Positions 1 through 9,328 of a DNA stretch of 64,000 nt are shown here, piece after piece. The notes below the pieces were generated by a model, which had not been told where the DNA came from, ran no database searches, and saw only the letters and a program-made list of their open reading frames with translations. This DNA comes from Pseudomonadales bacterium (GTDB taxonomy: Bacteria > Pseudomonadota > Gammaproteobacteria > Pseudomonadales > Azotimanducaceae): assembly GCA_965116345.1 (NCBI GenBank), contig OZ220680.1, positions 3,976,330 through 4,040,329 of the forward strand. The letters run 5' to 3'. Positions within the stretch are counted from its first letter, which is position 1, and each line of letters opens with the position of its first letter. The translations under genes were made by a program, and so were the position numbers.

Positions 1-441
1 GTTACGTCGCTGATCGTCAAGCGCTACCACCACATCGGTTTCGCGGTCGACACGGAGGACGGACTCGTGGTGCCGGTGGTTCGCGATGCCGGTGGCAAGG
101 GCGTCTACGAACTCGCCACCGAGATCGCCAGGCTGTCGGAAGCGGCCCGCTCGAAGAAGCTCAAGCCCGACGAGATGCAGGGCGGCAGCTTCACGATCTC
201 GAGCCTCGGGGCCGTCGGTGGCACGGGCTTCACGCCCATCGTCAACGCGCCGGAAGTGGCGATCCTCGGCGTCGCCCGGCTCGACACGCGACCCGTCTGG
301 GACGGAACCGCGTTCCAACCGCGCAAAGTCCTCCCCGTGTCGCTGTCCTACGATCACCGCGCCATCAACGGTGCCGAGGCCGGAAGGTTCGTCGTCGACC
401 TAGGCCGGCTTCTCGGGGACGTCCGGCGATTCGCGCTCTAG
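1..441 (+). CDS. 2-oxoacid dehydrogenase E2 (dihydrolipoamide acyltransferase), C-terminal catalytic domain, 5' truncated by window
   Basis: Frame 1 open from nt 1. Catalytic motif SLSYDHRAINGAEAGRF (DHRxxDG-type) and GGSFTISSLG; C-terminal tail resembles the AceF type. Confidence 0.85.
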   Translation, partial: VTSLIVKRYHHIGFAVDTEDGLVVPVVRDAGGKGVYELATEIARLSEAARSKKLKPDEMQGGSFTISSLGAVGGTGFTPIVNAPEVAILGVARLDTRPVWDGTAFQPRKVLPVSLSYDHRAINGAEAGRFVVDLGRLLGDVRRFAL

Positions 442-483
442 GAGTTCGCACTCCGGGCGCGGCCGGCGCCTGGAGCAACGAAT

Positions 484-581
484 CGTAGGGGACGGGCTTG
501 TCCCGTCCCGTTGCGGAGGTACCCGGATGTCGGACACGGGCGACCACAACGCGCCCGTCAGGACGCGCGGTCGGCCCTACG
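484..581. repeat. REP-like palindromic element (GTAGGGG...CCCTAC family), inverse orientation relative to the copy at 2169-2276
   Basis: 535-581 is nearly the reverse complement of 2169-2213 (cgtagggScgaccgcgcg.cctgacgggcgcgttgtggtcgccc). Contains nested hairpins. Confidence 0.7.
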
Positions 582-670
582 ATTTCATCATTGGATTCGA
601 AGGGTCGAGACGTTTTTCCATGCAAGCTTGCGCCGCAGAAGTTCCGCGCTAGCGAAACTTCCACCCATCG

Positions 671-1246
671 TCAGGATGGGCCGTGACCGTCAGATCGCGC
701 TAGCGGCTCCCAGAGCACCTCGGTGTCGGCCAGCGTCCGCGCCAACACGAACAGGTAGTCCGAAAGGCGGTTGAGAAAGACGCCGGCGCCGGTGTCGGCA
801 AGGTCGCTTGATTCGTCCGCTGCCGCCCACCAGGCGCGTTCGGCACGGCGGACTCCGGCGCGGGCGACATGCGCTGCGGCTGCCGCCCGCCCGCCGCCCG
901 GCAGGACGAACTCCCGCAGCGGCTCGAGACGCGCGTTGAGTTCCTCGGTGTCCTCGTGCAGGTCTGCTGCGAGCGACGACCAGTCGATGTCCGAGTGTCC
1001 GGTGGCGACGACGGCACCGAGGTCGAAGAGCCGTGCCTGGAGGACGCGGAGCCGCCTGGTGACCGACGCATCCGTTTCTTCCGCCAACGCGCCGATGAAG
1101 GTATTGGCCTCGTCGAGGGCGCCGGCGAGTTCGATCTTCGCATGATGCTTGGCATAGCGGTGGCCATCGGCCAGCGATGTCTCCCCCGTGTCGCCGCTCT
1201 TGGTGGTGACCCGGTCGATCCGGTTGCGGCGTCTGCGTTCGTTCAT
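671..1246 (-). CDS. ATP:cob(I)alamin adenosyltransferase, PduO/MMAB type
   Basis: N-terminal TKSGDTGETSL motif and ~190 aa size typical of PduO-type adenosyltransferases. Confidence 0.85.
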   Translation of the reverse strand: MNERRRRNRIDRVTTKSGDTGETSLADGHRYAKHHAKIELAGALDEANTFIGALAEETDASVTRRLRVLQARLFDLGAVVATGHSDIDWSSLAADLHEDTEELNARLEPLREFVLPGGGRAAAAAHVARAGVRRAERAWWAAADESSDLADTGAGVFLNRLSDYLFVLARTLADTEVLWEPLARSDGHGPS

Positions 1247-1286
1247 GTCAAGATGGCCGTCGTTGCGGACGGAAAGCGAGTGGATT

Positions 1287-1769
1287 ATGCCTACCTTCGA
1301 CGTGGTTTCCGAAGTCGATCATCAGGAGGTGCGCAATGCCATCGACCAGTCGATGCGCGAGCTCAGGACGCGATTCGACTTTCGCGGGGTCGACGCCGGC
1401 TTCGAGTTCGACGGCGACACGGTCACGGTATGGGCGCAGGAGGAGTTTCAGGTCGATCAACTGGTCGACATCCTGAGGGACAAGCTGACCCGCCGCGCCG
1501 TGGACGTCGGCGCCCTGGATCCGCGACCGCTCGAAGCCTCGGGCAAGCAGAAGCGCCAGCCGTTCGGTCTGAAGCAGGGCATCGACCGCGATTCCAGCAA
1601 GCGAATCGTCAAGACCGTGAAGGACACCCGCCTCAAGGTGCAGTCGCAGATCCAGGGCGACAAGGTACGGGTCACGGGCAAGAAGCGAGACGACCTGCAG
1701 GCGGTGATCGCCAAGCTCAAGGACGGCGAGTTCAGCGTACCGCTCCAGTTCAACAACTTCCGCGATTGA
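1287..1769 (+). CDS. yajQ: YajQ family cyclic-di-GMP/nucleotide-binding protein
   Basis: MPTFDVVSEVDHQEVRNAIDQ start is the canonical YajQ N-terminus; 160 aa; ATG at 1287 inside the longer ORF 1188-1769. Confidence 0.9.
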   Translation: MPTFDVVSEVDHQEVRNAIDQSMRELRTRFDFRGVDAGFEFDGDTVTVWAQEEFQVDQLVDILRDKLTRRAVDVGALDPRPLEASGKQKRQPFGLKQGIDRDSSKRIVKTVKDTRLKVQSQIQGDKVRVTGKKRDDLQAVIAKLKDGEFSVPLQFNNFRD

Positions 1770-1774
1770 ACGGC

Positions 1775-1840
1775 GGCGCTACGGGACCCACCCGTAGGCG
1801 CTACGGGATCCACCCGTAGGCGCTACGGGACCCACCCGTA
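1775..1840. repeat. Tandem repeat, 3 x 22 bp (GGCGCTACGGGAYCCACCCGTA), each unit holding a 7-bp stem hairpin CTACGGG/CCCGTAG
   Basis: Units at 1775-1796, 1797-1818 and 1819-1840 differ at one position; located between convergent yajQ and the ATL gene. Confidence 0.9.
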
Positions 1841-2134
1841 GCGGTCGAGATTCACCCGACCCTTGGTGAAGGTCACTCCTTCGTCCCGCAACCGCTGCCG
1901 CTGACGCTCCGCGGCGGCTCCTTGTAGGGAGACGCGTCCTGCCGCGTTGATCACGCGATGCCACGGCAGCCGGCTGTCGGCGGGAAGCCCGGCGAGGCTG
2001 CGGCCGACGCGGCGGGCACCACCGGGCAGGCCCGCAAGTTCAGCCACTTGTCCATAGCTCGCGACCCGCCCGCGTGGAATGCTGGCAACGACGTGCCAGA
2101 TCTGTTCGTCGGGGGAGGGTTCCGTCCTGAGCAT
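1823..2134 (-). CDS. Alkyltransferase-like (ATL) protein, MGMT DNA-binding domain without the acceptor cysteine
   Basis: IPRGRVASYGQVA and PWHRVINAAG: Trp replaces Cys of the PCHRV active site, as in ATL/YbaZ proteins. Confidence 0.8.
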   Translation of the reverse strand: MLRTEPSPDEQIWHVVASIPRGRVASYGQVAELAGLPGGARRVGRSLAGLPADSRLPWHRVINAAGRVSLQGAAAERQRQRLRDEGVTFTKGRVNLDRYGWVP

Positions 2135-2168
2135 TTGCTCGATTGTAGGGTCTTACCGGGGGATCAGG

Positions 2169-2276
2169 TCGTAGGGGCGACCGCGCGCCTTGACGGGCGC
2201 GTTGTGGTCGCCCGTCTTGCCAAAGCGACGCCGTGCGGGTGCCGGCACGGGCGACGACAAGCGTCGCCTCTACGGG
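2169..2276. repeat. REP-like palindromic element (GTAGGGGCGACC family)
   Basis: cgtaggggcgaccgcgcgccttgacgggcgcgttgtggtcgccc plus a second hairpin ggcgacgacaagcgtcgcc, ending ctctacgggg; matches 484-581 in reverse. Confidence 0.7.
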
Positions 2277-2339
2277 GTGCCTCTTCGGTCTAATCCAGCG
2301 AGGCGTTCGCCACCGATCGAAGAAAGCCCAAGCAAAGGG

Positions 2340-2367
2340 GTTGAAATCGCGAAATCCGCCCCTATGA
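2340..2367 (+). promoter_or_regulatory. Sigma-32 (RpoH)-type heat-shock promoter candidate for groESL
   Basis: GTTGAA-N13-CCCCTATG compared with consensus CTTGAA-N13/14-CCCCATNT; ~90 nt upstream of groES. Confidence 0.6.
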
Positions 2368-2382
2368 TTAGCGCCGCGTGGA

Positions 2383-2409
2383 TTAGCACTCTCATCTCAC
2401 GAGTGCTAA
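2383..2409 (+). promoter_or_regulatory. CIRCE operator (HrcA binding site)
   Basis: Perfect TTAGCACTC-N9-GAGTGCTAA inverted repeat in the groES 5' leader. Confidence 0.9.
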
Positions 2410-2454
2410 TCCATGATCGGATTGGTGTTTGAACAGCATTGGGAGAAGCTAGTC

Positions 2455-4411
<1,957 letters not shown>

Positions 4412-4491
4412 CGCGCCTTCGTGGTCTCTCCGGATTTTCGCTACGCGAAGTCCGGAGTCAGACGCCAGGAATCGGTCTTCGGACCGACGGG

Positions 4492-4520
4492 AACCCCGCC
4501 TCCGGCGGGGTTTTTGTTTG
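4492..4520 (+). terminator. Rho-independent terminator after groEL
   Basis: CCCCGCC-tcc-GGCGGGG stem followed by TTTTTGTTTG. Confidence 0.75.
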
Positions 4521-4563
4521 TTATGATCGAACGACACTGGAATATCCGTTTAGGGGGAGTGCG

Positions 4564-5229
4564 ATGGATTTCATGGGGTTGTTCGACTATGCCGTGCGTT
4601 GGGGTCACTACCTGTTCGGCATCACCTGGATTGGCCTGCTCTACTACTTCAACTTCGTTCAGGGCGGCTACATGGCGGCGGCGTCGGACGAAGCGAAGGT
4701 CGATGCGTTCACCAAGCTCGTGCCGAAAGCGTTGTGGTGGTTCCGCTGGGGTGCGTTCTTCACGTTCCTGACCGGCCTCTACCTCCTGTACCTCGCCATG
4801 ACCGGACTGTCGGTCGACATTCTCCTCGCGGCCTTGATGGCGACCCTGATGTTCCTCAACGTGTGGGGCATCATCTGGCCGAACCAGAAGATCGTGATCG
4901 CCTCCAACGAGTCGGTTCGCGACGGTGGCGAGGCCGATCCCGCAGCCGCCGGGGCCGCCGCCAAGGCGCTTCTGGCATCGCGCACCAACACCTTCCTGTC
5001 GATGCCGATGCTCTTCCTGATGGGATCCCACGGCCACTTCATGCTGGGTGCCATGGGCGATTCGGGGCTCGGCGGGATGACATCGCTGTGGGTCGGTGTC
5101 GTCATCATCGCCGCCATCGAGGCCAATGCGATCTGGGGCAAGACGATGGTCCTGACCACCGTGCGGGGCGTGATCGTCTCAAGCCTCGTGCTCACCGTCG
5201 TCATGGGCTTGATGGTGGCAAACCTCTAG
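4564..5229 (+). CDS. Polytopic inner-membrane protein of unknown function (weak resemblance to the N-terminal membrane domain of PuuD-like proteins)
   Basis: Several hydrophobic helices; VRWGHYLFGITWIGLLYYFNFVQ motif; strong codon periodicity. The family call is weak. Confidence 0.6.
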   Translation: MDFMGLFDYAVRWGHYLFGITWIGLLYYFNFVQGGYMAAASDEAKVDAFTKLVPKALWWFRWGAFFTFLTGLYLLYLAMTGLSVDILLAALMATLMFLNVWGIIWPNQKIVIASNESVRDGGEADPAAAGAAAKALLASRTNTFLSMPMLFLMGSHGHFMLGAMGDSGLGGMTSLWVGVVIIAAIEANAIWGKTMVLTTVRGVIVSSLVLTVVMGLMVANL

Positions 5230-5256
5230 GGAAGGTCTGAGTAAGACCTTCCCTAG
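5226..5256. repeat. Solo copy of the MITE terminal hairpin CTAGGGAAGGTCT-N5-AGACCTTCCCTAG
   Basis: Perfect 13-bp stem identical to the hairpin at the right end of the elements at 18555-18710 and 24369-24525. Overlaps the TAG stop at 5227-5229. Confidence 0.85.
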
Positions 5257-5393
5257 CGCGGTTGCGCTTCAGGCAACCCGTCACCACACGGGTTGCCTGG
5301 ACGACCTCGAGGTCGCGACCTCCTGAGCGCTAGCGCGAAAGTCCGGCAGGCTGCTAGTCTTTTGCAATCTTTTCTCACACTGGGAGAGTCCTC

Positions 5394-6128
5394 ATGGATC
5401 AGGACTCAACACCCACCATCGCAGCGAATCCCGAGGATGCCGGCCGCTACGGTCGAGGCGGTCGGGGCCGGTCGCGTACGAGCAGCGGTTCGTCGTCGCC
5501 GCGGGTAGTCAACGCCCTGCTCGTGGTGCTGATCGCGGGGCTCGCGGGCGCGGGCTGGTTCATCTTCAACCAACAGGAGCAACTCGCACGGGCGAGCAGG
5601 GAATTGGCCGAATCGGACGTTCGCCTCGGCGTCCTGGAGGACCGATTGAGGGCTACGGACGAGAAAGTGACGAGTTCCGACACGGAAATCGTCGAGAAGC
5701 AGAACGAGTGGATTTCGGAGGTCGACAAACTCTGGGCGAACTACCGTCGTCATCGGGACGACATCGCCGATCTCGACAAGAAGACCAAGGCGTTGACGGC
5801 GACGCTCAACCGGGTCGACAGCGACACCAAGAACAACGCGGGCAGACTCGCGTCGATGGATGCTGTGCTGTCGCGCCAGCGCGATGTGGCCGACAAGGTG
5901 ACGGCGTTGGACATGCAGTCGAAGCGAATGACCAAGGACCTGCAGGACGCGGTGGACAAGGCGAACGCGGCCTTCCAGTTAGCATCTCGTCTACAGGCTT
6001 CGCTGGCGACCAAGGTCGCGGAGAACGATACGGCGATCCGCGCCATCGACGCCCACCGCACGCAGATCAACACCGACATCTCAAGCCTTCGCCGCGACGT
6101 CGACGCTCTGCGCATGCGCGTACCGTAA
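5394..6128 (+). CDS. Membrane-anchored coiled-coil protein, unknown function
   Basis: Basic/Ser-rich N-terminus, one TM (VVNALLVVLIAGLAGAGWFIF), then ~180 aa of heptad-like charged sequence; SD GGGAGAG upstream of the ATG. Confidence 0.65.
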   Translation: MDQDSTPTIAANPEDAGRYGRGGRGRSRTSSGSSSPRVVNALLVVLIAGLAGAGWFIFNQQEQLARASRELAESDVRLGVLEDRLRATDEKVTSSDTEIVEKQNEWISEVDKLWANYRRHRDDIADLDKKTKALTATLNRVDSDTKNNAGRLASMDAVLSRQRDVADKVTALDMQSKRMTKDLQDAVDKANAAFQLASRLQASLATKVAENDTAIRAIDAHRTQINTDISSLRRDVDALRMRVP

Positions 6129-6139
6129 TAGCCTCGTTC

Positions 6140-7021
6140 CTACGAGGCGGTCAGGCGGGCATCCTTGTCCTTCCAGAGCTGCTCGACCCAATCCCGCATT
6201 GCCTCGGGTTCGGCGGACGGTAGCGGCAGCGGACGGATCGCCACGTCCACGTCCGGGCAACGTCCACAGCAGAAGTCCCAAAAGCCCGGCGCGTCGCCCG
6301 GATAGCGGATCGTGACGTCGACCACGCCGTCCATGCGATCGGAAAGGTTCTCCAGAACAAGCCCGAGGCCGCCGGTCTTCGGGAACAGCAGCGCTTGGTA
6401 GGGCGAGTTCTGAGCATCGCGCTTCGCCGGTGTGAAGCGGGTGCCCTCGAGGAAGATCAAGACGCTCGTCGGACGGTCCCGGAACACCCGGCATGCCCGC
6501 AACGTGGCCTCACGGTCCCGCTCGCGCAACCCCGGATCGGCCTCGAGGCGCTCGCGGCTGTAGCGGTGAACGTAGGGAAACTCCAGCAACCACATGGCGA
6601 GACCGAGGAACGGCAGCCAGATCAGTTCGCGCTTGGTGAAGAACTTGAACTGTGGGATGCGGCCGTAGAGGGTGAGGACCAGCACGAGAATGTCGGCCCA
6701 GGTCTGGTGATTGGACACCACGGCGTACCACGCGTCGCGCCGTAGACCCTCGGCTCGCTCGGCTTCGTGAACGCGGCAGATGCCCAGGACCCGCACCATC
6801 CACCGTGCGCACACGACCCAGCCATCCATGGCGCGCACCATGGCGTTGCCAAGGGCTATCCGATGTCTTCCATTCCTCGGCAGAAACGGACGCGCCAGAC
6901 CAAGGCAGAATATCAGCGTGCACCAAAGGACGCTGTTCACGATGATGAACGCGAACGCGAGGGTTCCTCGAAACGACTCGACCACGCCCGTGCAGCCCGG
7001 GTTGCCGCTTGCTGAGTCCAT
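6140..7021 (-). CDS. Lysophospholipid/glycerolipid acyltransferase (PlsC/YihG-like)
   Basis: NHQTWAD (HX4D) and FLEGTRFT motifs; N-terminal TM as in YihG. Start chosen at MDSAS (ATG 7021); the ORF is open to 7111. Confidence 0.75.
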   Translation of the reverse strand: MDSASGNPGCTGVVESFRGTLAFAFIIVNSVLWCTLIFCLGLARPFLPRNGRHRIALGNAMVRAMDGWVVCARWMVRVLGICRVHEAERAEGLRRDAWYAVVSNHQTWADILVLVLTLYGRIPQFKFFTKRELIWLPFLGLAMWLLEFPYVHRYSRERLEADPGLRERDREATLRACRVFRDRPTSVLIFLEGTRFTPAKRDAQNSPYQALLFPKTGGLGLVLENLSDRMDGVVDVTIRYPGDAPGFWDFCCGRCPDVDVAIRPLPLPSAEPEAMRDWVEQLWKDKDARLTAS

Positions 7022-7022
7022 T

Positions 7023-8072
7023 GTGCCCCCTGGTCGGCGCAGCGTAAACGCAAAGCTCGTCTTGCCCGTCCTGCTCGGACTCCTCGTACTGAGTCTCGGC
7101 GGTTGCAGCACCGTCGGCTTCTACGCCCAGGCGGCGGCCGGCCAGGCATCGCTGATGTTCTCGCGCCGGGATGTCGGAGAAGTGATCGCCGACCCCCGTT
7201 CCGACCCCGAAGTCGTGCGCAAGCTTCACTTGGTGGAGAACCTGCTGCACTACGCGGAAGACGAACTGCATCTGCCCGTGGGCGGGCGATACCGAAGCTA
7301 TGTCGAGATCGACGGCGCGCTCCTGTGGAGCGTGGTCGCGGCACCTGAGTTTTCCGTCGACGCGGTTCCTCGCTGCTACCCGGTGATTGGCTGCGCCGTG
7401 TACCGTGGCTACTTCGCCCGAACAAGGGCCGCTCGCGAAGCCGAACGGCTGGGCGTAACCCACGACGTGCTGATTGCCGAGGTCGCCGCCTATTCGACAC
7501 TCGGCTGGTTCGACGACCCGATCCTGTCGAGCTTCCTCGGTTACGACGAGGCGGCGCTCGCCGATCTCATCTTCCACGAGCTTGCCCACAGCGTCGTCTA
7601 CGTGGCGGGCGACTCGGCGTTCAACGAGTCGTTCGCCGGGTTCGTCGGCAACGAAGGTGCGTTTCGCTGGCTCGGCCGCGATGGTGGCGACGCGGCCGCC
7701 TATCGGCGGAGCCTGGCATCGGCGAGGGCGTATAGCCGCTACCTGGGTGAGTGGAGAGGGCGGCTGGCGGACCTCTACGCGCGGCCGGTCGGCAATGCCG
7801 CCAAGCGGCAACTCAAGGCCGAGCTGTTCGCAGCGATGCGGCGGGACTACGAGTCGAACCGAGAGCGTCTTGGGGGTGGGCGATACGATGCCGCCATGGC
7901 GGTGCCGTTCAACAACGCGCGCATGGCGCTGATTGCCACCTACGAGGACAACAAGCCGCGGTTCGCGCGACTGTTCAGCGAGGTCGGTGAAGATTGGCCG
8001 GCGTTCTATGCCGCCGTGAGGAAACTCGGCGCGCGACCTAAGGACGAGCGCTGGGAGAGCGTTGATCGGTAG
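7023..8072 (+). CDS. Predicted aminopeptidase lipoprotein (DUF2265-like, HELAH zinc motif)
   Basis: Lipobox LSLGGCS after a basic N-terminus; FHELAHSVVYV..NESFA. GTG 7023 chosen as start and uncertain; the ORF is open from 6780. Confidence 0.7.
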   Translation: MPPGRRSVNAKLVLPVLLGLLVLSLGGCSTVGFYAQAAAGQASLMFSRRDVGEVIADPRSDPEVVRKLHLVENLLHYAEDELHLPVGGRYRSYVEIDGALLWSVVAAPEFSVDAVPRCYPVIGCAVYRGYFARTRAAREAERLGVTHDVLIAEVAAYSTLGWFDDPILSSFLGYDEAALADLIFHELAHSVVYVAGDSAFNESFAGFVGNEGAFRWLGRDGGDAAAYRRSLASARAYSRYLGEWRGRLADLYARPVGNAAKRQLKAELFAAMRRDYESNRERLGGGRYDAAMAVPFNNARMALIATYEDNKPRFARLFSEVGEDWPAFYAAVRKLGARPKDERWESVDR

Positions 8073-8218
8073 GGCCGTCCGGGGGGGCGTGCGGGTGGGG
8101 CGTGCGGGGACACCCACCCGGGGCCGTGCGGGAAGTGCCGTGCAGTGGGCCGTGCGGGGACACCCACCCCGGCGGCATCGACGACTGAAGAGGCCGACCA
8201 CAAAGGTCTCCCCTACGG
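8069..8218. repeat. Composite REP-like element: GTAGGGCCG...GACCACAAAGGTCTCCCCTAC ends with internal CGTGCGGGGACACCCACCC direct repeats
   Basis: 19-nt unit at 8102-8120 and 8152-8170, shorter GTGCGGG copies between them. The right end matches the 47480-47497 REP arm. Confidence 0.65.
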
Positions 8219-8237
8219 TTACGATAGGCCGTCGTTG

Positions 8238-9326
8238 GTGGAGCTTGGCGTGTACGGAACTCGCGGCTGTTGCGTGATCCTGGCCCTCGCGGTGGGCGCA
8301 TGCAGCGAGGATGGCGCCTCGGGCCCCGGTGGATTCAGGCCGCAGCCGCCCTTGGTGACCACGGCCGTGGCGAGGGTCCATCCCCTCGCGGACATCGTCG
8401 AGTCGGTCGGCACCACCCGGGCCAACGAGTCGGTCACGGTCACCGCCAAGGTCACCGACCCGATTCGACACGTGCGCTTCGAGGACGGCGACTTCGTCGA
8501 GCAGGGCGACGTCCTGGTCGAACTCACCAACGAGGAGCAGACCGCGCAGCTCGAGGAGGCCGAGGCCGGTCTCGAGGATGCCCAGACCCAATACGACCGG
8601 TTGAGGGACCTACTCGACCAGCAGAGCATTCCGGTGTCCGACGTGGACGAGGCGCGGGCGCGCCTCTCCGGTGCCCGGGCCCGCTATCAGGCCATCGTCG
8701 CCCGTCTGGACGACCGGCTGATCCGCGCGCCATTCGCCGGCGTACTGGGATTCCGGCAGGTCAGCGCCGGCAGCCTGATCACGCCGGGCACGTCGATCAC
8801 GACGCTGGACGACATCTCGGTCATCAAGCTCGACTTCACATTGCCCGAGGTCTATCTCGGTAGCGTGCATGCGGGGCTCGATCTCACCGCGGCCAGCGCC
8901 GCGTTTCCGGACCGGCCGTTCGATGCGGTGGTGCGGACCGTGGGTTCACGGGTCAATCCGGTGACCCGGGCGATTCAGGTGCGCGCGCACATCGACAATC
9001 CGGATGCACTGCTTAGACCCGGCATGTTGATGACGGTCCGTCTCGCCACGGCCAACCGCAACGCCTTGATGGTGCCGGAAACCGCGCTCCTGCAGCGTGG
9101 TGCGGAGACTTTCGTCTATCTTCTCGACGACGGCCGCGCACGAATGAACGTCATCGAACTGGGCGTTCGTCGCGGCGGTCAGGCGGAGGTGCGCCGGGGC
9201 CTGGAACCCGGGCAGGAGGTGATCGCCACGGGACTGATCAACGTACGCAACGGCGGTCCGGTCCGCGTCGCCGGGAACGACGGCGATGCCGCCGCCCGGC
9301 CGCCGCCCGAACCGACCGACGCCTGA
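8238..9326 (+). CDS. RND efflux periplasmic adaptor (membrane fusion protein) lipoprotein
   Basis: Lipobox LAVGACS; HlyD/MFP-like barrel-sandwich and coiled-coil pattern; followed within 3 nt by the RND pump. Start GTG 8238 or TTG 8235, because the upstream part of the ORF is translated REP sequence. Confidence 0.85.
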   Translation: MELGVYGTRGCCVILALAVGACSEDGASGPGGFRPQPPLVTTAVARVHPLADIVESVGTTRANESVTVTAKVTDPIRHVRFEDGDFVEQGDVLVELTNEEQTAQLEEAEAGLEDAQTQYDRLRDLLDQQSIPVSDVDEARARLSGARARYQAIVARLDDRLIRAPFAGVLGFRQVSAGSLITPGTSITTLDDISVIKLDFTLPEVYLGSVHAGLDLTAASAAFPDRPFDAVVRTVGSRVNPVTRAIQVRAHIDNPDALLRPGMLMTVRLATANRNALMVPETALLQRGAETFVYLLDDGRARMNVIELGVRRGGQAEVRRGLEPGQEVIATGLINVRNGGPVRVAGNDGDAAARPPPEPTDA

Positions 9327-9328
9327 AC

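Noticed and set aside
583-665. Possible fifth, heavily decayed MITE copy upstream of the adenosyltransferase stop
   Set aside because: Only short blocks match (GCTTGCGCCNC.GAA.TT and CCGCGCTAG.GAA, plus a GAAGTT/AACTTC hairpin), and no TIRs are recognisable. This is too weak to annotate; it is mentioned only in the MITE family finding.
6510-8591. 693-aa minus-strand ORF spanning the acyltransferase/aminopeptidase/MFP region
   Set aside because: It runs antisense or out of frame to three genes with clear motifs. It is Arg/Gly/Pro-rich low-complexity translation typical of spurious ORFs in high-GC DNA, with no motif recognised.
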